Source: an uncultured virus (IMG/VR IMGVR_UViG_2706795104_000001) (lineage: Duplodnaviria > Heunggongvirae > Uroviricota > Caudoviricetes > Herelleviridae). Taken from it: a stretch of 64,000 nucleotides of DNA. Shown here one piece after another: positions 56,349 to 64,000 of this stretch (positions are counted from its first letter, which is position 1; each line of letters begins with the position of its first letter). The stretch spans positions 88,779 to 152,778 of the IMG/VR virus record IMGVR_UViG_2706795104_000001, one strand, 5' to 3'. The notes beneath the pieces were generated by a model. The model saw only the letters and a list, made by a program, of their open reading frames with translations, did no database searches and had not been told where the DNA came from. The position numbers and the translations under genes are program-made.

Positions 56349-58385
56349 ATGGAATTCAAACAATTTAAGAAAGACCTAAAAGCAAACTTTAAGGAAATGG
56401 TAAAAGATACAGACCACTTATATGAGGTAGAAGTGGACAAGGATGTAATGTGGGACTTGTACCTAGATAGTCATACTGAAGGGACTAACGAAGTATTCCG
56501 TGAGCGCAGACAAGCTGATTGCAGTGCTTGTAAACAGTTTATCCGAAATATGGGGAACTTAGTCGTTATCAAGAATAACAAGGTTACTACTATTTGGGAT
56601 TTAGAAACGAACAGTGCGTACCAACCAGTAGCAGATGCTCTAGCAAAATTCATTAAGAGTCACGAAGTAACAGATGTATGGGTAAACAAGTTTAGTAAGA
56701 TTGGTGTTGATAGCAACCTAGAGGATTACCAAGGACAAGTCCTAACTTGGCAACACCTTAACGTAGATATCCCTGCTAAATTTGTTACTCGTAGCAGCAA
56801 CTCAGAAGCTGAAATCCGTGGCGGTCTACGAGATACACGAAATGTGTTCTTACGATCTCTAATTGAAATCTCTGAAGAAAGCTTAATGACTGTATTAGAA
56901 CTTATCCAATCAAATACATTGTACAAAGGTGCAGAGTGGAAAGCAGTATTAACTCAGTTCCTTGCACACAAACGAGCATTCCTTAACTTACAAACAGTTT
57001 CAGAAAGACAGAACTACGCTTGGGAGCAGTCAGTGAAAATCGGTGGTGCGATGGGTCGTATCCGTAACCACAGTATCGGTACTTTGCTTGTTAATATCAG
57101 TGAAGGGATGGAGTTAGACCGAGCAGTTAAAGCGTATGAAGTGATTGTAGCACCAGCTAACTACAAACGTCCTAAAGCAATCTTTACGAAGAAGATGGTT
57201 GAAGAAGCTGAAAAAATGAGCTTAGAGATGGGCTTCCAAGATTCATTCGGTAGACGATTCGCAACGCTAGATGACATCACTGTAAATAACATCTTATTCT
57301 CTAACAAGGATGCGGCTAAACGAATCGCAGGAGCAGGTATTTTTGCAGAAGCATTGAATGCAGTGACAGTTAACCCTAAACAATTCACACGAGTTGAGGA
57401 AATCTCAATTGAGAACTTCATTAACAATGTACTACCAACGGCAAGAGAACTTGAAGTATATCTAGAAAACAAACAGTCTAGCAACATGGTATCTCTGATT
57501 GCACCTGAGAATAAAGATGCTAAAACAATGTTCAAGTGGAATAACGGATTTAGCTGGGCTTACACAGGTAACATCACTGATAGCTCTATGAAAGAGAATG
57601 TAAAGCGTGCAGGAGGTAAGGTCAATGGTGTGTTAAGATTCTCGATCCAATGGAACGATGATGAGTTTGACGGTAATGACTTAGATGCTCACTGTATCGA
57701 ACCAGGTGGCAACTTAATCTACTACGGAGAAAAGTTTAACAGACGTACTGGCGGCCGATTAGACGTGGATATCATCCATCCTAGCCGTAATGTACCTGCC
57801 GTAGAGAACATCACATGGGGTGATAAGCGCAACATGGACGAAGGGACTTACAAATTCCTTGTGCATAACTTTAACAACCGTGGTGGTAAGTCAGGATTCA
57901 GAGCTGAAATTGAGTTTGATGGACAAGTATTCTCATTCGACTACACGAAAGCATTACGAAATAATGAGAAAGTTGTTGTGGCAGAAGTATACTTTGACGG
58001 TACTAACTTCACAATCAAAGAGCTATTACCATCTAGTGTGTCAACTAAAGACGTATGGGGCTTAAAAACAAACCAATTCGTTCCTGTATCTACAGTGATG
58101 TTCTCTCCTAACTATTGGGACGAGCAGCAAGGAATCGGGCACCGTCATTACTTCTTCATGCTGAAAGATTGCGTGAACCCTGAGCAACCAAACGGTTTCT
58201 ACAATGAGTTCCTTAAAGAGGAGTTGATGCAACACAAACGAGTATTCGAGTACCTTGGAAGCCGTACGGCAGTAAAAGATGTAGAGGATCAGTTATCAGG
58301 TTTAGGTTTCTCATCCACGAAGAGAGCAGAATTAGTAGTTAAAGTTAAGGGTCTAACAGAAAGAGTAGTAAAAGTAAAATTCTAA
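56349..58385 (+). CDS. Large hypothetical protein with YfaP/TerD-like DLD.H...LDVD...VENI domain
   Basis: N-terminal CSAC; W....NDLDAH, LDVD, AVENITW. Confidence 0.7.
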   Translation: MEFKQFKKDLKANFKEMVKDTDHLYEVEVDKDVMWDLYLDSHTEGTNEVFRERRQADCSACKQFIRNMGNLVVIKNNKVTTIWDLETNSAYQPVADALAKFIKSHEVTDVWVNKFSKIGVDSNLEDYQGQVLTWQHLNVDIPAKFVTRSSNSEAEIRGGLRDTRNVFLRSLIEISEESLMTVLELIQSNTLYKGAEWKAVLTQFLAHKRAFLNLQTVSERQNYAWEQSVKIGGAMGRIRNHSIGTLLVNISEGMELDRAVKAYEVIVAPANYKRPKAIFTKKMVEEAEKMSLEMGFQDSFGRRFATLDDITVNNILFSNKDAAKRIAGAGIFAEALNAVTVNPKQFTRVEEISIENFINNVLPTARELEVYLENKQSSNMVSLIAPENKDAKTMFKWNNGFSWAYTGNITDSSMKENVKRAGGKVNGVLRFSIQWNDDEFDGNDLDAHCIEPGGNLIYYGEKFNRRTGGRLDVDIIHPSRNVPAVENITWGDKRNMDEGTYKFLVHNFNNRGGKSGFRAEIEFDGQVFSFDYTKALRNNEKVVVAEVYFDGTNFTIKELLPSSVSTKDVWGLKTNQFVPVSTVMFSPNYWDEQQGIGHRHYFFMLKDCVNPEQPNGFYNEFLKEELMQHKRVFEYLGSRTAVKDVEDQLSGLGFSSTKRAELVVKVKGLTERVVKVKF

Positions 58386-58423
58386 TAAAAAAAAAACTAA
58401 TAAAAGAGGAGTAGTGAATTATT

Positions 58424-58819
58424 ATGACAAAATCAATCGAAAAATTATTTGAGGTAGCTACACGTACAAAACTTCGTTTCCCATACCGTGGTATGGTTTC
58501 AGTAGAGGACTTATGGGACTTAACACCAACTCAGTTAGATTCAGTGTTCAAGACACTGAACGCTCAGTTGAAAGCAGTGTCAGAAGAGAGCTTACTTAAA
58601 GTGAAAACACCTGCTGATAAAGTAGTTGAAGTACAAATCGAAATCGTAAAATACATTGTGTCTGTGAAAGTAGCAGAGCAAGAAGCTAGATTACAAGCAC
58701 AAGCATTAAAAGAGCAAAAACAAAAGTTAATGTCAGTCCTAGCTACTAAAGAGGACGAAGAGTTACAAGGTAAATCTGCTGAAGAAATCCGAGCTATGAT
58801 CGCAGAGTTAGATAAGTAA
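58424..58819 (+). CDS. Coiled-coil hypothetical protein
   Basis: LFE.ATR.KLRF..RG..SVEDLWDL. Confidence 0.75.
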   Translation: MTKSIEKLFEVATRTKLRFPYRGMVSVEDLWDLTPTQLDSVFKTLNAQLKAVSEESLLKVKTPADKVVEVQIEIVKYIVSVKVAEQEARLQAQALKEQKQKLMSVLATKEDEELQGKSAEEIRAMIAELDK

Positions 58820-58896
58820 TAGGTGTAGGGGGTAACTCCCCTTCACTCTACTAAAATAAAAAAAAAATAAACTTACATAAAAGGGGATAATTAATT

Positions 58897-59976
58897 ATGA
58901 AAATCGTAAACTTTGGAAGCACATTTAAAATCTACGGAGACGACTTAAAAACATTTGACCAATTACCTGCTGCTACATATAAGGTAGATTTCCACCCAAT
59001 GCAAGGTTTCTCCTTAGAGAAGATTGACAACTTCGAATCTAAGGAACAAAAGATTTACGGAAGCCACCAAGACAAGATTGATAAGGTGTTACGATCCTAC
59101 GGCAAGTTTGAACGCAGTCTAGGTATCATTCTAAGCGGCCACAAAGGTATGGGTAAATCAATGTTCGTTCAATTAATTGCAGAAGCAGTAGTAGCTAAAG
59201 GTATTCCTGTAATCATGGTTACGAAAGCATATCCAGGGATCGCAGACTTCATTGAAGAGATTGACCAAGAAGCGTTAGTAGTGTTCGATGAGTTTGAGAA
59301 GATGTTCAACCCACGTAACGATAAAGCAGAAACACAGGACAACCTGTTAGGTCTATTCGATGGTACGTCTCAGAAGAAGCGTATGTACGCTATCACAGTT
59401 AACGACTTATACAAAGTGAATGAGTTCATGTTAAGTCGTCCTGGTCGATTCCACTACCACATTCGTTTCGACTACCCAACGGCTACGGAAATCGAAATCT
59501 ACTTAAAAGATAAGATTGATCCTAAATACTACGGACAAATTAAACAGGTTGTTAGTTTCGCAAACCGTGTGAAACTGAACTACGATTCATTACGTGCCAT
59601 CGCATTCGAATTAAATGAAGGGTATCCGTTCCGTGCTGCTATCGGTGACTTAAACATCTTAGCAACTGATTCACAACGTTACGATGTAAAAGTTACACTA
59701 GGTAACGGTAAAGTATTCGACTTAAAACGTAAAGAAATCAACTTATTCAGTGAAGAGGTTCGTCTAGACGGATACATGGGGGGAGGAGACTACTTCTCAT
59801 TATCATTCAACCCTGAGAACATCGAAGAAGATTTAGACAAAATGACAGTGGACGGAGACTACGTGAAAACGGAGACTACTGACCAAGACGGAGACCCAGC
59901 AGAACCAGTTGAGATCGTATCTCTTGTTATTACAAAGGTACAAGAAACTGGTGTTAACTACAAGTTAGCGCACTAA
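58897..59976 (+). CDS. AAA+ ATPase
   Basis: GHKGMGKS Walker A, VVFDEFEK Walker B, RPGRF arginine finger. Confidence 0.9.
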   Translation: MKIVNFGSTFKIYGDDLKTFDQLPAATYKVDFHPMQGFSLEKIDNFESKEQKIYGSHQDKIDKVLRSYGKFERSLGIILSGHKGMGKSMFVQLIAEAVVAKGIPVIMVTKAYPGIADFIEEIDQEALVVFDEFEKMFNPRNDKAETQDNLLGLFDGTSQKKRMYAITVNDLYKVNEFMLSRPGRFHYHIRFDYPTATEIEIYLKDKIDPKYYGQIKQVVSFANRVKLNYDSLRAIAFELNEGYPFRAAIGDLNILATDSQRYDVKVTLGNGKVFDLKRKEINLFSEEVRLDGYMGGGDYFSLSFNPENIEEDLDKMTVDGDYVKTETTDQDGDPAEPVEIVSLVITKVQETGVNYKLAH

Positions 59977-59989
59977 GGCGGGACAAGCT

Positions 59990-60199
59990 ATGAAAGTTAT
60001 TAAACTAAGTGACGGTAACTTTGTGCAGGAGATTAACATAGCAGGACATATCATTATATGTCCTCTCTCCTACCAAGCTAAAAAGTTTACTAAAGATTCT
60101 GAATTAAAACCGTATACAGACTTTTTGGATAAGTCTTACAGTCCATTCATCTATAAGGTTGTGAACTTCAAATATAGTACAGAGGAGATAGAGAAATGA
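59990..60199 (+). CDS. Hypothetical protein
   Basis: ORF within operon. Confidence 0.6.
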   Translation: MKVIKLSDGNFVQEINIAGHIIICPLSYQAKKFTKDSELKPYTDFLDKSYSPFIYKVVNFKYSTEEIEK

Positions 60200-60369
60200 A
60201 ACAACATTTAACTGCTACATTTATTTTTGATCCACTCGATGTTATAGACTTCAACAAGGTTAACAGTAAAGTTGAGGAGTTGAAAGCGTCAGGTTACACA
60301 GAAAAAGTTCGTAATATGAATAAAGAAGGACAAGTCGTAATCAAGCTAGAACATGAGGAGGAGCTGTAA
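60196..60369 (+). CDS. Small hypothetical protein (57 aa, not in ORF track)
   Basis: GAGGAG RBS; ATGA and TAATG couplings on both sides. Confidence 0.65.
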   Translation: MKQHLTATFIFDPLDVIDFNKVNSKVEELKASGYTEKVRNMNKEGQVVIKLEHEEEL

Positions 60370-61454
60370 TGACAGTTTACGAACATAGAGACGTAGCATA
60401 TAACTTTGACGAAGTAATGAAAGATATGCAGAAGTTAAAGGAGCATACGTTACGTCATGTTAAAAAGACTGAAGAGATGGTAGGCATTCAACCTAAACAA
60501 TCTCTGAAGACATTACATATTCACGGAGTAGAAGTTAAACGTACAACTGGTACAGGTTACTACGATAAGAGTTTGTACGTCTCTATCACCCTACCAAAAG
60601 CTGCTTATGAAGCTATCGAAGACAAAACGATTATCTCGGGATTCCTTTTCACAGAGACATATAACAAACTCCACATCAAGTTAAAGATTATCGAGTCCAA
60701 CAAGGATCGTTTAGAGGAGTTCAAGAAAGCTATTCACGCAATCGGTTCACTAGACCTGATTGCACACCTAGAGAACATCGAAATTGCACGACAAAACTCT
60801 CAACTAGTAACGAACATCTTCAACCTGTTAGAGCGTGCAGGTGTTAGTACAAGTTATTATGGATACAAAACGAAGCGGTCCAGTAAACAGTCACAACAAT
60901 ACTATAACTTCCCTTCTGAGATTCGTGGACAGATTGCTACTAGTTATAGAGAGGACACGTTAGAGGTTCGTAAGCAAGAATTACTGAAACAAGTGGACAA
61001 CATTTGGAATCAGGAAATGAAAAAGGTTGAGGATGAGCGTAAGGAGAAAGAGAGAGCTGAGAAAGAGAAGCAAGAGAACCGTACACTGGCTCTACTACTA
61101 GCTAAGTATGACTTAGATATTTCTCAGGATTGGGATGACCTGTTAGATACTATCATCGAGAAGAATAAGTATCTATACCTTGCTCACCGTCTAGAGCAGA
61201 ATCGAGGAGATTGGAACGATGGTTGCTCTTACGCTGAATCAGGGTTAGATAACTTCACGATTGAAACTGAAGAGGACAAGAAAATCCATGAGGATATCTA
61301 CTACTATATCAGTACATGGGATCAGCATATGGATGGTCGAGTATTCCGTGACTGTGAGTACGACTATGGAACTATCTTTGGTATAGCAGCTGAGAAAGAT
61401 AGTGACCTGTTTACAGACTATGAAACTGTAAAAGAAAAGGTAGACCGCTGGTAA
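60369..61454 (+). CDS. Hypothetical protein
   Basis: 361 aa; GAGGAGG RBS. Confidence 0.8.
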   Translation: MTVYEHRDVAYNFDEVMKDMQKLKEHTLRHVKKTEEMVGIQPKQSLKTLHIHGVEVKRTTGTGYYDKSLYVSITLPKAAYEAIEDKTIISGFLFTETYNKLHIKLKIIESNKDRLEEFKKAIHAIGSLDLIAHLENIEIARQNSQLVTNIFNLLERAGVSTSYYGYKTKRSSKQSQQYYNFPSEIRGQIATSYREDTLEVRKQELLKQVDNIWNQEMKKVEDERKEKERAEKEKQENRTLALLLAKYDLDISQDWDDLLDTIIEKNKYLYLAHRLEQNRGDWNDGCSYAESGLDNFTIETEEDKKIHEDIYYYISTWDQHMDGRVFRDCEYDYGTIFGIAAEKDSDLFTDYETVKEKVDRW

Positions 61455-61555
61455 GAGAGGATGGTATAATTAGGTGAGTGGTTATTAGAGTTATTTGGCG
61501 CAATACTAGACTTAGTAGGGGCTATCGTCTCTAACGATGAGGAGGAGGAAAAATA

Positions 61556-61885
61556 ATGAAAATAGTTGATGAGAAGGTTTACGAGGATTGGAAAGCGAAG
61601 AATACAGACGGTTATGGTGCAGGTATCTTCCGATATGCGGAGAAGTGGGCTAACTTAATGGAGGAAGAGATTACAAAAGGTTCTAGAATTAGAGACGTAG
61701 CTCAGAAGCTGTCACACGATGCAGATACAGAAGGTATTACAGGGTTCATGTATGGGGCTGCCGTTAGTATTCTCTCACAATGTTGGGTTCACGGAGAAGA
61801 GTTGAAGAAGTGGCACAACAAAGAGTACGACTATGAGGGTGAAGGAGTAGCTAACCCTGCACTAGTTACGATTACAAAGAAGTAG
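61556..61885 (+). CDS. Hypothetical protein
   Basis: GGAGG RBS. Confidence 0.75.
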   Translation: MKIVDEKVYEDWKAKNTDGYGAGIFRYAEKWANLMEEEITKGSRIRDVAQKLSHDADTEGITGFMYGAAVSILSQCWVHGEELKKWHNKEYDYEGEGVANPALVTITKK

Positions 61886-61897
61886 AGGAGGATTGCA

Positions 61898-62665
61898 ATG
61901 TTCAATTTCATCGGTTGTGGTAGTGCATTCAACACAGAATTAGGTAATAACAGTGCTTACATCAAGGAGGACGGCATTCTATTCATGATTGACTGCGGTA
62001 GTGCCAACTTCGATAGAATCAGACGTAGCGGCCTGTTAGAGGGCGTAGAAGACATTGTAGTATTGATGACCCATACACACCCTGACCACGTAGGATCGTT
62101 AGGAGATTTAATCTTCTACAGCTACTATTGTATGGGGCAGATGAAAGTACCTCAGTTAACTGTATACGCACCATATGACATGAAGATTAGTAAAGTACTA
62201 AAGGGTATGGGAGTTGAACGAGAGTGCTACAGACTTATTCAGTTCGATAACTCTAACGAGTACCCACCTGGATTCCATAAAGACGGGTTCCATATCAAGT
62301 TCCAAGTAGTACCTAACCGTCATGTACCTGAGTTACTGTGTTACGGTTACTTGATTACATATAAAGATAAAACTATCTATTATAGTGGAGACTCTAACAA
62401 CATTTCACCGTTCATCCTACGTATGCTAGAAGACGGAGAGATTGACTACTTCTATCAGGATACTTGTCAAGCAGACTACGAAGGTAATGTCCATCTATCA
62501 CTGAAGAAGCTAAGTGAGTTGGTGTGGTCTAACCGTGATAAAGTATACTGTATGCATTTAGACGAAGGATTCAACCGAGAGCAAGCAGAAGAGTTAGGGT
62601 TCAATGTTGTACAACCTTCTATCGTAGTTCCTGAAGGTAAAGTTACTATTGTTGAGATTATATAA
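61898..62665 (+). CDS. Metallo-beta-lactamase-fold phosphodiesterase, Apyc1-like (anti-Pycsar)
   Basis: G.GSAF...NNSA, IDCG, THTHPDH, H, YSGD, VH.SL, MH pattern as recalled for Apyc1. Confidence 0.75.
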   Translation: MFNFIGCGSAFNTELGNNSAYIKEDGILFMIDCGSANFDRIRRSGLLEGVEDIVVLMTHTHPDHVGSLGDLIFYSYYCMGQMKVPQLTVYAPYDMKISKVLKGMGVERECYRLIQFDNSNEYPPGFHKDGFHIKFQVVPNRHVPELLCYGYLITYKDKTIYYSGDSNNISPFILRMLEDGEIDYFYQDTCQADYEGNVHLSLKKLSELVWSNRDKVYCMHLDEGFNREQAEELGFNVVQPSIVVPEGKVTIVEII

Positions 62666-62695
62666 TAACTATATGACAAGGGGAGAAGAAATAGA

Positions 62696-63889
62696 ATGAA
62701 AAGTTCACTATTTGTACCTGATAAAATTAACGTGGGGTATCAAGAGCGTGGTGGTACGTATACAGGTAAGTTAGCATACGTAATCTACTTCGACCAAAAA
62801 GGTAAGCTTCGTAAAGAAGTGTCCTGGAATAGCTGGCGGGACCAAAAGATTGATAACCTTATTACAGATAACGTACCAACTTCAGGATTCGTACTGAATA
62901 AGAAAGCAGGAGACTATAAGTACGATTGGAACCATCGTCAAGCTTATGCTCGTGTATACGATCCTCGTGGGTTTGAGTTCGAGATTACTATTGACAACCT
63001 GTTATACATACTAGAATGTTGCGACATGTTCAAAGGGAAAGGGATCGACGGTGAGTTAGTATATGCTTGGGAAGGTAAAGACCTTGTACTACTACCTGTA
63101 AACTCTCCTGACTATAAAGAAATCATGGAGTATAACAAAATACTGAAAGAGAACAAGACTATTAAAGGTAAAGACCTGAAATTAGGGTATAAGTACCTAG
63201 ACAAAGATGGTAGAGAGTGGGTCTACTTAGGACGCTTCCATAAGTACGATGGTTATACAGGTGAGAAGAAGAAAAACAAATTCTACTTCTTTGCAAAATA
63301 CCATAAATACTCTTGGAAGTCCGAAGGTGAATGGAGCATTGATACTGTGTCTTCTCTAGGGCAAAAGTTCATTACAGAGTCTCCTGACGGTTGCGTAGAG
63401 AACTATGCGGAGTTAGTAGAAATGTTGGAGCGTGACCGAGAATACTCTCCCATCGACCTTTCGAAAGATGAATATGTGCCGCTAACATTCGAAGAGTTCT
63501 TACAGGACTTAAAAGACAAGGAGAAAACCTACGATCCGTTGTCAGGTTGGTTCTATAGTGAAGTTCTACAAAGGAAATTAAAGCACACTGAAGGTTACTA
63601 CAGTTACTATTACCGAAATGATAATGTTAAAGTAGTACCTAGTAAAGTTAAGCAACTAAAAGAAGGAGCTTCTCGATGGTCTAACGACTATGAGTGGGTT
63701 CAGGAGTACAACAACGAAGAAGAGAAGCGACCGATATTTGCAATAACGAACGGGGAGCACCCACATAGCTATTACACTGATTACAAAGAATACTTTAAAG
63801 GTACGTTAGAGGAAGTATTTGAATACTTAAAACCTGCCACTAGACATGTATATCTAGCGAACGGGAAGTTATACAGAAAAGACCGATAA
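62696..63889 (+). CDS. Hypothetical protein
   Basis: 397 aa; TYTGKLAYVIY, DPRGFEFEI motifs. Confidence 0.8.
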   Translation: MKSSLFVPDKINVGYQERGGTYTGKLAYVIYFDQKGKLRKEVSWNSWRDQKIDNLITDNVPTSGFVLNKKAGDYKYDWNHRQAYARVYDPRGFEFEITIDNLLYILECCDMFKGKGIDGELVYAWEGKDLVLLPVNSPDYKEIMEYNKILKENKTIKGKDLKLGYKYLDKDGREWVYLGRFHKYDGYTGEKKKNKFYFFAKYHKYSWKSEGEWSIDTVSSLGQKFITESPDGCVENYAELVEMLERDREYSPIDLSKDEYVPLTFEEFLQDLKDKEKTYDPLSGWFYSEVLQRKLKHTEGYYSYYYRNDNVKVVPSKVKQLKEGASRWSNDYEWVQEYNNEEEKRPIFAITNGEHPHSYYTDYKEYFKGTLEEVFEYLKPATRHVYLANGKLYRKDR

Positions 63890-63913
63890 AACATATAAAA
63901 GGAGAGAAATAAA

Positions 63914-64000
63914 ATGGCAAAAGATATCGTAAGCGTAAATGATGAGAAGGTATTAGCATTAAAGAAATTGGTAGATGAAAAGAAAGAGAAGTTAGCAGGT
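63914..64000 (+). CDS. Partial CDS (runs off the window)
   Basis: AAGGAG RBS, ATG 63914, no stop before the end. Confidence 0.6.
   Translation, partial: MAKDIVSVNDEKVLALKKLVDEKKEKLAG

Noticed and set aside
61470-61556. Short hydrophobic reading frame (GEWLLELFGAILDLVGAIVS...)
   Set aside because: No in-frame start codon; a stop lies directly upstream.
794-62679. Minus-strand and alternate-frame ORFs in the supplied track
   Set aside because: They lie within well-supported + strand genes, show no recognisable motifs and look like shadow ORFs.
680-62845. GCNGC methylation as the explanation for the GGCC context bias
   Set aside because: It would explain GGCCGC but not GGACCGC/GCGGTCC; CCGC/GCGG explains both.
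56-63540. YGATCC as a KOPS- or Chi-like polar motif for the phage FtsK
   Set aside because: It occurs in both orientations throughout, with no visible strand skew.
1-64000. tRNA or rRNA genes, integrase or transposase
   Set aside because: None recognised by eye; intergenic gaps are short and mostly explained by promoters and terminators. tRNAscan-SE would be needed to be certain.

Overview
This 64 kb window comes from a large, AT-rich lytic Bacillus myovirus. Gene content and order match SPO1-like Herelleviridae (Bastille-like group). Almost all genes are on the + strand. The left part carries replication and nucleotide-metabolism genes: ribonucleotide reductase, an HU-like protein, three tandem C5-cytosine methyltransferases, a family A DNA polymerase, SSB, RecA, a sigma factor, a holin and a metallophosphoesterase. 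Arrays of small early genes follow, behind strong sigmaA-type promoters, with a Thg1-like guanylyltransferase and two free-standing homing endonucleases. Tad1-like and Apyc1-like anti-defence genes are present. Three observations stand out. (1) A module at 47.2-54.3 kb lies downstream of two sporulation-like sigma factors. It holds a ParM-like actin, an RHH adaptor, a TTACCC array, pilin-like and VirB6/TrbL-like membrane proteins, an FtsK/SpoIIIE translocase and a membrane-anchored coiled coil. Two of its promoters share a sigmaK-like architecture, each followed by the same 10-bp operator repeats. This suggests a system for segregating or translocating phage DNA in sporulating cells. (2) A window-wide sequence grammar: GATC occurs almost only as YGATCC (mostly CGATCC, over-represented, about every 0.5 kb), and GGCC/GGWCC occur almost only overlapping GCGG/CCGC. 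This is plausibly linked to the methyltransferase cluster. (3) A 5' leader at 34.2 kb can form mutually exclusive hairpins, one with a perfect anti-Shine-Dalgarno. All counts are manual tallies and all family calls come from recognised motifs, not database searches.
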